NCBI GenBank assembly: GCA_028144365.1
Contig: JAOGAX010000003.1
Location: forward strand, 2,861-66,860
Origin: Aquiluna sp.
GTDB lineage: Bacteria; Actinomycetota; Actinomycetes; Actinomycetales; Microbacteriaceae
DNA length: 64,000 bases
Direction of reading: 5' to 3'
The translations under genes and the position numbers were made by a program. The notes under the pieces were generated by a model. The model was not told the DNA's origin, did no database searches, and saw only the letters and a program-made list of their open reading frames with translations. Below are positions 1 through 9,629 of this stretch, piece by piece (the stretch's first letter is position 1; the number at the start of each line of letters is the position of its first letter).

Positions 1-1
1 C

Positions 2-1207
2 GCAGACCCTTCAATTCCGAAGTTCGCTCAGAATCTTTCGAGCGGGGTAGATGTTGCAGATTTTCTGCTCCAGGTATTACAAGATTTTCCGGAAGCAGAG
101 ACCACTTGGGTCTTAGGAGAACACTCTGAATCCGTGCTCGCAAGGATAGGAGAACGTGCGAAGAGTGATCGAATAGTGTTTGATCAAATTTCTGGCACAG
201 CCAATTCCCTTCGCGAAGCAGCCAGAGAAGTTGGTGATGGCAATGCGCTTGTCATGCTAGCCGATACTGTCATTGCCCTTCCTCTCCGGGCCCTTATCGA
301 ACGCCTCCCTGAATCTGATGGGTCATGCTTCTTTGGCAGATTTAGTGACCATGCTTGGGATTCAGATCATCTCGTAATTGGAGAGGGGAACGAGGTTGTC
401 AATTTCATTTCCAAATCCCAAAAACGAGAAGCTTCAGGTCTTGCTCTGGCTTTGTCCGGGGTAACAATCACGAACACACAAATACTCAGAAGCCTTGGGC
501 CTGGCGACGCGCAAGAGCAGACATTTCGAAAAACGATTGAATCCGGCCAGAACGTTCGAGCCGTTAATTCCTCCTGGTTTCTTCGAGACACAGGAACGCC
601 TGAGCGACTTCAAAAAGTATCCAAACAGTATCGAGACGGCTCTTTGGGTAGGAGGGCCTCTCGGCTAAGGTCCGCCATCTTCATTGACAGAGACGGAACA
701 CTTGTTCCCGATAAGGGGGAATGCAGAGTTTCAGTGAACCGGGAAGAGATCCCGCCAATGGTCAGCGAAGCAATCGAATCCGTGAATAATCTTGGGATTC
801 CCATTTTTTTGGTTACCAATCAGCCCGGAATCGCAAAGGGTTGTATTAGCGAATCTCAAGTCCTTGATACATTTCAGGACATCGCAGAGGCATTGGGAGA
901 AAGCGGTGCATTTATTGATGCCTTCTACTTCTGCCCTCACCACCCAGAATCGGGCTGGGAAGGTGAAGTGGCGGCCTTAAAAATTCCTTGCGACTGCAGA
1001 AAGCCGGAGGCAGGGATGTTCCACAAGGCTGCGTCCGATCATCTAATAGATCTCAGAACAAGCATGGTGATCGGAGATACGGCTAGGGACGAAGGTGCTG
1101 CAGCTGCGATTGGAGCTGAATTCAATTTGGTTGCCTGGTCAGCGGATGGAAAGCAAGTGGCTAAGGCTATTCAGAATTTTGCCGCCTCTGTGTTGCAGAA
1201 AGATTGA
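2..1207 (+). CDS. Fused sugar-phosphate nucleotidyltransferase (HddC-like) / heptose-1,7-bisphosphate phosphatase (GmhB, HAD-IIIA); 5' truncated
   Basis: Frame is open from base 2 (ADPSIPKF...). N-half ends in the NTP-transferase-like motif RDTGTPERL. C-half has FIDRDGTL, VTNQPGIAKG, CPHHP...CDCRKP and MVIGD. Confidence 0.85.
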   Translation, partial: ADPSIPKFAQNLSSGVDVADFLLQVLQDFPEAETTWVLGEHSESVLARIGERAKSDRIVFDQISGTANSLREAAREVGDGNALVMLADTVIALPLRALIERLPESDGSCFFGRFSDHAWDSDHLVIGEGNEVVNFISKSQKREASGLALALSGVTITNTQILRSLGPGDAQEQTFRKTIESGQNVRAVNSSWFLRDTGTPERLQKVSKQYRDGSLGRRASRLRSAIFIDRDGTLVPDKGECRVSVNREEIPPMVSEAIESVNNLGIPIFLVTNQPGIAKGCISESQVLDTFQDIAEALGESGAFIDAFYFCPHHPESGWEGEVAALKIPCDCRKPEAGMFHKAASDHLIDLRTSMVIGDTARDEGAAAAIGAEFNLVAWSADGKQVAKAIQNFAASVLQKD

Positions 1208-1255
1208 GAGCACTAATTTCCGAACAATGATTGGCATTTAGGGTAACTTGAAAAG

Positions 1256-2227
1256 GTGCTGTCCTCTATCACTCCCCTTCGAATTAGCTTTCTCGGCGGT
1301 GGAACCGATTTTCCTTGGTTTTTTGAGGAGCACTCAGGTGGCGTAATTTCCACAGCAATAGATAAGTACATCTACGTTTCTGGGATTCCAAGTTTCGATA
1401 GAGTTACCACCTTTTTGAAGTACTCAAGCTACGAGAAAGTTGTTTCGAATCGAGAAATTCGGCATCCGATTTTTAAGGTGATTCTCAATAAATACGGCCT
1501 ACCGCCATTCGATTTTGCTGTGATGTCTGACATTCCTGGAGGCACTGGCCTTGGATCTTCCAGTGCTTTTACGGTGGGATTACTGAACTTTGTCTCGTCG
1601 TTTCTGAAACACTCGCAAGACAGTGAGTTTTTGGCCCGCACGGCAATCGATATCGAGCTGAATCAACTGTCCGAACCAATAGGTATTCAAGACCATCTGC
1701 CCGCTGCATTCGGCGGCTTTGCTCACTACAGTTTCGAGAAGGGCGGCTCATTCAAGAGATTTGACTTGGGTCTAGAAGCCTTAAGTCAATTTGAGCTAAT
1801 CCTCGTCCCTACCGGCGCGCAACAACGGCAGGCAAGTGCCCTAACTTCGGCCCAGAAGGATTACGTGTCAAAAAATGCAAAGGGCATGAATGCCTTGCAA
1901 GAGCTCGCTGCACTCACCGAAGAAGCGGGGGAGGCAATCAAGTCAAAACCTGAGCTGCTCCCGAACTATGTTTCTAAAGGATGGGAGCTGAAGAAGGCTA
2001 CAAATCCCTCTTCCTCTAACGATGCAATAGATCGGATCATTAGCGAAGGTGCAGCTAGAGGGAGTCTGGCTGGAAAGCTTTTGGGTGCTGGCGGCTCAGG
2101 GTTTGTCCTACTTATGTTTCACTCTGGAGGCACGGAGAAATTCAGGTCATTTGCAAACGAAGTAAGCTGGAGAGTCGTCGACGTCGCCCCTACTTCGAGA
2201 GGTAGTCATGTCCAACAGGCCAACTAA
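1256..2227 (+). CDS. hddA: GHMP kinase, D-glycero-alpha-D-manno-heptose 7-phosphate kinase-like
   Basis: TPLRISFLGGGTD, PGGTGLGSSSA, IGIQD and KLLGAGGSG motifs; lies between gmhB and gmhA. Confidence 0.85.
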   Translation: MLSSITPLRISFLGGGTDFPWFFEEHSGGVISTAIDKYIYVSGIPSFDRVTTFLKYSSYEKVVSNREIRHPIFKVILNKYGLPPFDFAVMSDIPGGTGLGSSSAFTVGLLNFVSSFLKHSQDSEFLARTAIDIELNQLSEPIGIQDHLPAAFGGFAHYSFEKGGSFKRFDLGLEALSQFELILVPTGAQQRQASALTSAQKDYVSKNAKGMNALQELAALTEEAGEAIKSKPELLPNYVSKGWELKKATNPSSSNDAIDRIISEGAARGSLAGKLLGAGGSGFVLLMFHSGGTEKFRSFANEVSWRVVDVAPTSRGSHVQQAN

Positions 2228-2783
2228 TCACGAGAGCTTTGAGGACTACTTTGTCCACACACAACAAGCTATGGAAAGTTTGCTCGCCTCGGACCTTGAG
2301 GGCCTGCGCACAGCGGTTATGGGTGCAGGTAAGTCAGGGTCAACTCTCTGGGTTGCAGGTAATGGGGGCTCAGCTTCAACGGCATCTCATTTTGTTGCAG
2401 ACATGGTTAAGTCGAGTACGGGATTCGGTGGCCTGAGCGTCCGCACCGTTGCCTTGCACGAACAGGTAGCGCTGGCAACTGCCCTTGCGAACGACATTTC
2501 GTTCGAGGAGGCATTTGCAGAGCAGCTTCGCTTCCTTGCCAAGCCCGGGGACCTGTTTCTATACCTTTCGGTGAGTGGGACTTCTCCGAATCTGATTCAA
2601 GCAGCAAAAACTGCGAGAGAAATTGGACTCCACTCCGCCTGCATAGTTGGAAGTAAGGGGAGAGAGCTGGCGGAGCAGCTGTGCGAAATTCCTATTGTCG
2701 TGGAGTCAACTGATTATCAGGTAGTTGAGAACGCCCATGTTATTTTGATGCACTGGCTTTGCCGAGTTCTGCAAGATGCCTGA
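2208..2783 (+). CDS. gmhA: Phosphoheptose isomerase (SIS domain)
   Basis: GNGGSASTASHF, TALAND, SVSGTSPN and VENAH motifs. Confidence 0.88.
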   Translation: MSNRPTNHESFEDYFVHTQQAMESLLASDLEGLRTAVMGAGKSGSTLWVAGNGGSASTASHFVADMVKSSTGFGGLSVRTVALHEQVALATALANDISFEEAFAEQLRFLAKPGDLFLYLSVSGTSPNLIQAAKTAREIGLHSACIVGSKGRELAEQLCEIPIVVESTDYQVVENAHVILMHWLCRVLQDA

Positions 2784-3630
2784 AGCTATATCCGTTTTAG
2801 TAACAGCTAGGAACGCCGAAAAAACAATTCAGACCTCGGTTCGGAGTGCATTGTTTGCTCTCGGGAAGCACGATGAAGTCATAGTCTTGCTGGACCAGTG
2901 CACCGACGAGACTGAAAAACGGCTTGACGCGATTCGTGATAGCAGAGTTCGGAAGGTAGTGAGTGAGACACGGCTCGGCATCAACAAAAGTCGCAATGCT
3001 TTACTCGACCTCTCTGCAAATGAATTTGTGGCGGTCTTGGATGCAGACGATATTTGCCTACCTTGGAGATTTTGGATTTGCAGAAGAAGGCTGGGATCCG
3101 GTGACCTCTTGTTTGGAACCGCAATAATTTTTGGGTCCCAACTTAGGCCGTTGCCAGTGTTACCGCAGTACCCGATTGCTTTGAACCCTGCACAGGTTGA
3201 GCTGGCATTATGCCTGGGTAACCCGCTAGTTCACAGCACGATGTTCGGCAGGAAGGTTGCGATCCAAACGGTCGGAGGCTACTCGGATTCTCTGTCTGAG
3301 GACTACGACCTTTGGCTGCGAATGGTGGCTGCTGGTATGAGCCTTAGACGACTGGCAATCCCCGTAATTCTTTACCGCTTTCACGCTGGTCAGGCGTCAC
3401 AGGTCGAAGGTTTCAACGAGACTGTTTCTTCTAACCCTACGCTTCGGGAGTCCAAGCGCAAGGCAGTCGAGTCGGTCTCAAAACGAAGCAACCTTGAGAA
3501 CTTAGAATCACTGGATCTGGAAGTAGAACTTCGGTCAAAACTCTATGAAGCACGACCACTCATGCGGTTGGAACATGCGGGGCTGCCCGAGCCACTTAGG
3601 CGATGGAAAAACCGCAAAAAATCTCATTGA
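2776..3630 (+). CDS. Glycosyltransferase family 2
   Basis: ISVLVTARNAEKTI, VAVLDADD, HST and SEDYDLWLR motifs. Confidence 0.9.
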   Translation: MPEAISVLVTARNAEKTIQTSVRSALFALGKHDEVIVLLDQCTDETEKRLDAIRDSRVRKVVSETRLGINKSRNALLDLSANEFVAVLDADDICLPWRFWICRRRLGSGDLLFGTAIIFGSQLRPLPVLPQYPIALNPAQVELALCLGNPLVHSTMFGRKVAIQTVGGYSDSLSEDYDLWLRMVAAGMSLRRLAIPVILYRFHAGQASQVEGFNETVSSNPTLRESKRKAVESVSKRSNLENLESLDLEVELRSKLYEARPLMRLEHAGLPEPLRRWKNRKKSH

Positions 3631-4454
3631 AGGCCAATTACGGACCTCCAGTAATCCGGACTCAACGCTTGACGCGGATTGTCCAAATGTTTGGAAAACT
3701 CCTCTTCAAGATTAAGCTGATGAATCTCCTCCCAGGAATCCAATTGAACGATGGGAAGACCTAACTCTTCGATCATCTCTGTCCAGGCTGACCTTTTGAC
3801 CACTGGAATACTGCCCCGATACAGGGTCTCCCAGAAACGATGAGTGTCGATTCCATTGCCCCTCGGGCATGCTATGAATGCGTACTGTTGCGACAACCGT
3901 GAATACTCCCAAGCGGTAATTCTCTTGTGAATTGCCATGACGTTTGAAATGTCCTCGGTGACCAGTTCTAACAGCTCTTTGCGTTCGGGGTGGGTCATTC
4001 CAAACGGACCGACGAGGATTTTGCGGAATTTAGGTTTGGCTCGATTTATGTAAAGGTGAGGTAAGCCAGCCTTGGCAAGGCCGAGATTCTCAATTCCAAT
4101 CGGCAGTAAGTGCGCGCGTTTTGACTTATGGCAAAGATTCTGAAGGTAAACCCTTTCAACTGATGATGGGAAATTCAATGGCTTCACAAAATCTCGATCA
4201 CTGTTGCCCGACACCACAACTTTGACAGATTCGGGGAGAGCCTCAATAAATCGATCATCCAGAAGATCACTTCTCACATAAATCGATCGTGTGCCTTTTG
4301 GTACGCCCCGTTTGACATCGTCAGGCGTCATAAATCTGGTATCGCAGAGCGATGCAAAGAGGTCTTGATTTACTCTCTTTCTTCCCACGGATCCTCGTAG
4401 AAATGGACGCAAGGCTAATGCAGCGTAATCCTCGATTCTGACTGCACTAATCAT
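3624..4454 (-). CDS. Exostosin/GT47-like putative glycosyltransferase
   Basis: C-terminal CPRGNGIDTHRFWETLYRGSIPVV. Start moved to ATG 4454, which overlaps the upstream GT11 stop by 8 bp. Confidence 0.65.
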   Translation of the reverse strand: MISAVRIEDYAALALRPFLRGSVGRKRVNQDLFASLCDTRFMTPDDVKRGVPKGTRSIYVRSDLLDDRFIEALPESVKVVVSGNSDRDFVKPLNFPSSVERVYLQNLCHKSKRAHLLPIGIENLGLAKAGLPHLYINRAKPKFRKILVGPFGMTHPERKELLELVTEDISNVMAIHKRITAWEYSRLSQQYAFIACPRGNGIDTHRFWETLYRGSIPVVKRSAWTEMIEELGLPIVQLDSWEEIHQLNLEEEFSKHLDNPRQALSPDYWRSVIGLQ

Positions 4455-5355
4455 CCGAGTTCCAGTCTGACTTGACGGGCAGCCAGCTCTCGGGGAAAAG
4501 GTCATTTGAGAATTTGGAAGTTCTAAACCAAGGCTGAGGATAGGCAACAACTGATGTGTCTGGACCTGAATTCAGGTTGGCAGCCCACCAGCTGAAGCTT
4601 GAGTTGGCAAGAACAAAGCTGGAGCCTTGTGACATCGCGTAAAGGTCTTGTTCTGGAGAACTCATTGGCTTTATCACCTCTACGTCAAAAGACTTGCTGA
4701 GCATTGGAGCCATGACGGTCTTCACGTATGAGGGTTCGTCAGAAAAGATAAAAACCTTGCCTAACTCCCCACTGCTTTGCTCGATACTCTCGAGTGCTCT
4801 CAAGTAATAGGTTGGCCCGAGGACTCCGAAGGAACTTCCAAGGCTTGTGTAGTCGCCCCGTCTCACATGAAGAATCACTCCCTTTTGATCTACAATCCTC
4901 AGACCAAGCTCGTGAGCCTCCGATGTTATAGTTTTGGGTTGCGGCGTTGTCCACTCTTGACGCCTTTTTAGGCCTTCAAGATATTTGTGACGCTGAAAGT
5001 ACCCTCGGACATACAAGGCTTTATCACTAACCGCCTCTCCCATTCCTCCGCAGTCTCCATGGGTCGGCAGCAGACCGCTCTCTTTTGCAAAGAGCCTCAG
5101 CCGCACGTCCGACAGAAAATTCAATGCAGCATTCATTGGATTCTCTAAAGGCTTGGCCAGCCTTACACGAGGATCTAAGTGAAGTTTTTGCAACGAAGAT
5201 GAGAGGTTGTGATGGTTGCCCCCCTTTGAGGCGCCGGCAGCAAACTGGGGGTCGATTGACACTGTTTGACCGGATTCAATGGCGTGGTAGAGCGCAGCTG
5301 AGTAAACAAAGAGCTGGTTACCAAGCCCACCCATTAGCTTGAAGGTTGGGGCCAT
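4447..5355 (-). CDS. Glycosyltransferase family 11 (alpha-1,2-fucosyltransferase-like)
   Basis: GGLGNQLF, GYFQ, HVRRGDY, FSD and NSSFSWWAA motifs. ATG 5355 lies 6 nt after a TAAACT -10. Confidence 0.9.
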   Translation of the reverse strand: MAPTFKLMGGLGNQLFVYSAALYHAIESGQTVSIDPQFAAGASKGGNHHNLSSSLQKLHLDPRVRLAKPLENPMNAALNFLSDVRLRLFAKESGLLPTHGDCGGMGEAVSDKALYVRGYFQRHKYLEGLKRRQEWTTPQPKTITSEAHELGLRIVDQKGVILHVRRGDYTSLGSSFGVLGPTYYLRALESIEQSSGELGKVFIFSDEPSYVKTVMAPMLSKSFDVEVIKPMSSPEQDLYAMSQGSSFVLANSSFSWWAANLNSGPDTSVVAYPQPWFRTSKFSNDLFPESWLPVKSDWNSDD

Positions 5356-5389
5356 AATCAAAGTTTAGTCTCACGATAGTGTAGGGGCC

Positions 5390-6388
5390 GTGAACCACCG
5401 TTATCCGTTGCTCTGTTTCGTCCACTTAGGTGACTCGATTCCGCGTCACCTTATAGAAAACCTCGTTCGCACGAGAAATCTATTCCCTGAACTGGATCTT
5501 ATGCTCATCACTGATGTACCGAAGAGCAAACTAGGATTCTCCCAGGACTTGGATGTGAATGTTGTAGAGCCACTAGATTTTCCTGAAGGCGCAATCCCCG
5601 CCCCCACTCTGGGCTCGGATCCAAGATTTTGGGGCGGTTATTGGCAAAAGACCTTCAATCGCCTGTTTGCTCTGCAGGCAGCATTTACTGACAACCAAGG
5701 TCGCACACTTGTCCACGTAGAAAGTGATGTTCTGCTGCTTCCAAGCTTCCCTTTCGACTATTTTGTTGATGCTCAGAAGGTCTCTTGGGGCGAAGTGGGC
5801 AATGCCCATGACGTGGCTGCGCTCCTAATAATCCCGAACAGAGAGGCGCTCCTCTCTATGTTGCAGGAATTGTCGCGCCTGGTTCAAGATGATCCAGGGC
5901 TCAATGATATGACTGCGCTTCATAAAATAGCAATTGCCAAGTCCATAGATCACAATTACCTAGCGATGATTCCAGAAGATGACGGTTCAAGCGATGCCGG
6001 CCTATTTGACGGCGCGCCGTGGGGGCACTATCTATACGGAACTGACCCAAGGGCGTTCTATGGTAGAAGAATAGTTGGGCGAACCATGAGCCTTTCGAGA
6101 TTTACTCCCTCTGATTACGAACTAAGGGTCGAGGGTCAGAAATTACTCGTAAACGGGCTACCTTTACACACACTTCATATTCACTCCAAGGCTCTATTTG
6201 CATTTACAGATACACCTCTGGACATCCAGCAACGAATTGAAAAGGCAAGTAGGGGGCCTCAATTGCTCCGAACCAGTTTTATAGCTTCAGCCTTTGTCTT
6301 TTCAATGAGGACAATGTTGCCAATTTGGATAAAATCGGCCTTTTCTTACTCGAAGTGGCGGCAATTGCTGGGGCGTTCGAGGGCCTAG
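5390..6388 (+). CDS. Hypothetical protein, probable GT-A-fold glycosyltransferase
   Basis: 332-aa ORF with a DxD-like HVESD, NDM and a C-terminal LHIHSK; island context. Confidence 0.5.
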   Translation: MNHRYPLLCFVHLGDSIPRHLIENLVRTRNLFPELDLMLITDVPKSKLGFSQDLDVNVVEPLDFPEGAIPAPTLGSDPRFWGGYWQKTFNRLFALQAAFTDNQGRTLVHVESDVLLLPSFPFDYFVDAQKVSWGEVGNAHDVAALLIIPNREALLSMLQELSRLVQDDPGLNDMTALHKIAIAKSIDHNYLAMIPEDDGSSDAGLFDGAPWGHYLYGTDPRAFYGRRIVGRTMSLSRFTPSDYELRVEGQKLLVNGLPLHTLHIHSKALFAFTDTPLDIQQRIEKASRGPQLLRTSFIASAFVFSMRTMLPIWIKSAFSYSKWRQLLGRSRA

Positions 6389-7290
6389 TTTTCGTCACCT
6401 AGGATTTGGCTTGCTGGTGAATGGACGTAGCTCGCCGACTGCCGATATCTGCCGGCAGCTCCTGGAAGGGAGTAAACCCCCGAACCATCGAAGTCAACAT
6501 CAGTTTGGTTAAGTCTGTGCGTCGGGCTCTCCAAGAGAAAACTCCAGACACTTTCGGTAAATGGTCGCGGGCCAGAAAACTCCAGTATTGCAGCCTTGGG
6601 GTCTATGAAAGAACGATTTCGATAGGCACCTTCTCTGTTCTCAATAGTTTGAATCTGGAGCTCCAATATTCTGTGTTTGGGCGCAAAGCCAAAACCCCAC
6701 TGAGCAACGAGATGTTGATGATTCCTTAGGCGCCCAACTAGGTGCTTAGGAGCCTCGCGATGGCTGAGGTTTCCTTCAGAACTGAGAAGTTCTCTGCTAT
6801 CGGGTTCGATGAATTCTCGTAATGGTCTAGTCACACCTTTAGAAATGTCGAAGTAGAAACCACCCTGCTCGAAGAGTATGCAGTAGCGGAAAACATCAGC
6901 CTTTAGGGGTCCAAATTTGGCGTCTTTGTAGACTGCAAATATATCTCGTTCACCCCAACGCTCCTCCATATAGTCGTCACGAGCTTTTGCATCAAAAAGT
7001 TTGAAGGAGAGCTCTGGATTGAGTCCTCGAAATCTAGAGACTGACCTATGTAATCTGCGCGTGAGCTTTCTTGTCTCCCAGGTTTGAAAGACATTCGCGG
7101 GGATTTTCCCCAAATGGTCCTTAGTTCCCATCGAGTCCTTCAGCTCAATGGCCGGGTAGTCGAACGGAATAGTCACAAACCTTTGAAGTTTTTGAAGGTT
7201 ACGGCTCACGGGCGACCTTTCGAGACAGTGTCGCGGATGGAAGTCTCCTTGCCTAATTGAGCTGAAAAATAGCGGGGCAAGTATCGACAC
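6385..7290 (-). CDS. DXD-motif glycosyltransferase (GT32/Och1-like)
   Basis: KIPANVFQTW, KADVFRYCILFEQGGFYFDI and SGP motifs. Confidence 0.85.
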   Translation of the reverse strand: MSILAPLFFSSIRQGDFHPRHCLERSPVSRNLQKLQRFVTIPFDYPAIELKDSMGTKDHLGKIPANVFQTWETRKLTRRLHRSVSRFRGLNPELSFKLFDAKARDDYMEERWGERDIFAVYKDAKFGPLKADVFRYCILFEQGGFYFDISKGVTRPLREFIEPDSRELLSSEGNLSHREAPKHLVGRLRNHQHLVAQWGFGFAPKHRILELQIQTIENREGAYRNRSFIDPKAAILEFSGPRPFTESVWSFLLESPTHRLNQTDVDFDGSGVYSLPGAAGRYRQSASYVHSPASQILGDEN

Positions 7291-7384
7291 TGGCTAGCCG
7301 CACCTTCTGCAACTGAAGGGGTTGAACCCAATGGCCAAGTCTTTAGGCTATCCCCACCCCTCAGGCTTACTGAAGTCAACCTAT

Positions 7385-8551
7385 TCAAGAATCATTTCCC
7401 TCATGTTTGTCAAACCGCCGGCGCTCACGCAACGCCCGGGCATTACGTCTCGCCACCCTAATTGCCCCAGCAAACAAGAATCTCATCATTTCGGTAATGC
7501 AATAGAAGGTCAGCCAAAAATTAGGAAGCCCCCGGGAAATTGGGGCGGTTGCCAGGTCTTCATCTAGAAATTCTTGGACTGTCAGTACTCGCTTTTTCTC
7601 GGCGCTAAATTGAGGATGGTTTAGGAGGTATTCAAAATCAGGGAGGTCCGAGTCAAAGGTCAATCCGTTACCATGCTTTTGCACCTGACGCTCCAGTTGC
7701 CCTCCAGACGGCACCGCGCAAGGAACGCCTGCCATTAGGGAGTCATCCACACGAGCAGATGGTAAATCAAATAGTTGGTCGTAGAGAAAAACCTGATGCC
7801 TCAACCTCAGAACAGCTTCGAAATAGGGCTGGCCAGTGAGCAGGCGATCGGTCTTCTGAAAATTTAGGGGCATCACTAAGTGTTTTTCTTCTTCAGGCAA
7901 ATGCACCTCATACGTGCATTTCTGGCAGAGTCTCGTATCACTCTCTAGAAACTTGCTCAGGAGCTCTTTTCCGCGAAAAACCAGCCGAACTCTGCCATGA
8001 CGGCCGCTGCTGGTGAGAGTCTCGGATTGACGCTCAAAACAGCTGAAGTCACTTACCAATCTCGCGACTAACCCAAATTTCATAAGCACAGCCATTTGTG
8101 CCTCTGAAGCGCATGAGATTGGCTCACAGCGCTTCAGAGCTTTTAGCCTCAACTTCGAGCGCAATTTACGTTCAAGTTCTTGCGCACTCTCGAAGAGGAC
8201 AGCACTAATTACCATGGGCTGCCTAAGTGAGAATAATGCTAAGTGAAGGAAGGGTAGAGCTGATAACTTACAGTCGATGCTTTGAAGGAAGACCTTCCTT
8301 GGTTTCAGACCTAGCGCCAGTTTCCCAAGGGCAAAGTAGAAACTCGGTGGTAAAATAGGATGAGCCACATCATGGAAGGCTCCCGAGAGCATGATCCTCT
8401 TTGAGTTGGGGTGCGCGATTAAAGCAAGGCCCTTTGAGTCGAGAGAGCCTCTGAACGCTTCAGGAAAGGTTTGGTAATGACCTGGAGCTCCGTCACCGTA
8501 GTATGGTGCGAGAACTATGGATAACAAGTCAGCTTCAGAGTTCGGGCGCAA
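7385..8551 (-). CDS. Hypothetical protein, possibly a divergent GT-B glycosyltransferase (start uncertain)
   Basis: 388-aa ORF with N-terminal GHY and C-terminal SARVDDSLMAGVPCAVP resembling GT-B motifs. The longest start overlaps the divergent gene. Confidence 0.45.
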   Translation of the reverse strand: MRPNSEADLLSIVLAPYYGDGAPGHYQTFPEAFRGSLDSKGLALIAHPNSKRIMLSGAFHDVAHPILPPSFYFALGKLALGLKPRKVFLQSIDCKLSALPFLHLALFSLRQPMVISAVLFESAQELERKLRSKLRLKALKRCEPISCASEAQMAVLMKFGLVARLVSDFSCFERQSETLTSSGRHGRVRLVFRGKELLSKFLESDTRLCQKCTYEVHLPEEEKHLVMPLNFQKTDRLLTGQPYFEAVLRLRHQVFLYDQLFDLPSARVDDSLMAGVPCAVPSGGQLERQVQKHGNGLTFDSDLPDFEYLLNHPQFSAEKKRVLTVQEFLDEDLATAPISRGLPNFWLTFYCITEMMRFLFAGAIRVARRNARALRERRRFDKHEGNDS

Positions 8552-9608
8552 AATAACGGGTCACACTCCTAAGTTGCTGACCATCAAGTTATCACTTCCC
8601 GGAGTCGAGACCCTGGACCTAGCACAGTTTCTTGGCCCTATGCGAAGTTTGGAGAGCCTCCCTTTTACCCTTCACGTTAACAAACACGTTGATAATCCGG
8701 ATTACTGGTTTGTTGTGGAGGGGTTTGAGCAGGATGACTCGGAGGCAAGAATCGACAAGAGCCGGATTATCTTTCTGGGTGCCGAAGCGGGTCATCCACC
8801 TGACTTTTGGCTTCGGGATGAGGCGCAACGAGACTTCCTCTCGCAATTTGGAGGAACGAGAGGGCATCTAGCGAGGTACGAGGATGGCGCGGAAGCTAGC
8901 TCACCTTTTCTCCCGTGGATGCTTTTTGCTAACCACGGAGCATCCATATGGTCTCCAAAGACTAAGTCCCAGATTGATTACATTTGGAGCGATGTTCCTC
9001 CAACAAAGTCTTCAAGGAAGATTTCAATGTTCTGCTCCAATCAGCAGTGGAACCCCTATCACAAGAGGAGATTTGATTTCGCAAAAAAATTGAAAGAGGT
9101 TTTTCCTGATCACATCGATTGGTTTGGAAATGGTGTGAATAATGTGGCAACTAAATTTGAAGGACTGCATCCATATAGGCACTCACTTGTGTTGGAAAAT
9201 GGCAATGGCGCCAATCTAATAACAGAGAAACTGATAGACGCTTACCTGGGTTGGTGTTTTCCAATTTATAGCGGAGCCTCAAACGTCCATGACCATTTTC
9301 CCCAAGAGTCGCTCCTAAGGCTCGACTTAGAGGACTTCAACAAGTCATGCAAACAAATAGAGGCGATATTAGGTGACGAAAGTCACTGGGAGAGTCATCT
9401 TGATTCGCTTGTAGAGTCTCGCAAATTAGCTAGGCGAAATTTCAACTTTCTAGACAGGCTTGGTGATTTGGCCAACGCCCTTGAGCATCAAGGCCTCCCG
9501 CAATCAAGTCAGCTAGTTCGACTCAAACCACTTCAATCATTTGAACCTAGAAAAAAAGTTAGCTATCGATTGGCGTTAGCTGCCTACAACCGATTCTTCC
9601 GCAGCTGA
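8517..9608 (+). CDS. Glycosyltransferase family 10 (alpha-1,3-fucosyltransferase-like); start possibly TTG 8574
   Basis: GT10 motif YRHSLVLEN...ITEKLIDAYLGWCFPIYSGA. Confidence 0.8.
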   Translation: MDNKSASEFGRKITGHTPKLLTIKLSLPGVETLDLAQFLGPMRSLESLPFTLHVNKHVDNPDYWFVVEGFEQDDSEARIDKSRIIFLGAEAGHPPDFWLRDEAQRDFLSQFGGTRGHLARYEDGAEASSPFLPWMLFANHGASIWSPKTKSQIDYIWSDVPPTKSSRKISMFCSNQQWNPYHKRRFDFAKKLKEVFPDHIDWFGNGVNNVATKFEGLHPYRHSLVLENGNGANLITEKLIDAYLGWCFPIYSGASNVHDHFPQESLLRLDLEDFNKSCKQIEAILGDESHWESHLDSLVESRKLARRNFNFLDRLGDLANALEHQGLPQSSQLVRLKPLQSFEPRKKVSYRLALAAYNRFFRS

Positions 9609-9629
9609 ACCACCATTGCCAGACTAGCC

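Noticed and set aside
8517-8551. Head-to-head coding overlap of two GT genes
   Set aside because: Most likely a start-call artefact; TTG 8574 for the GT10 gene removes the overlap.
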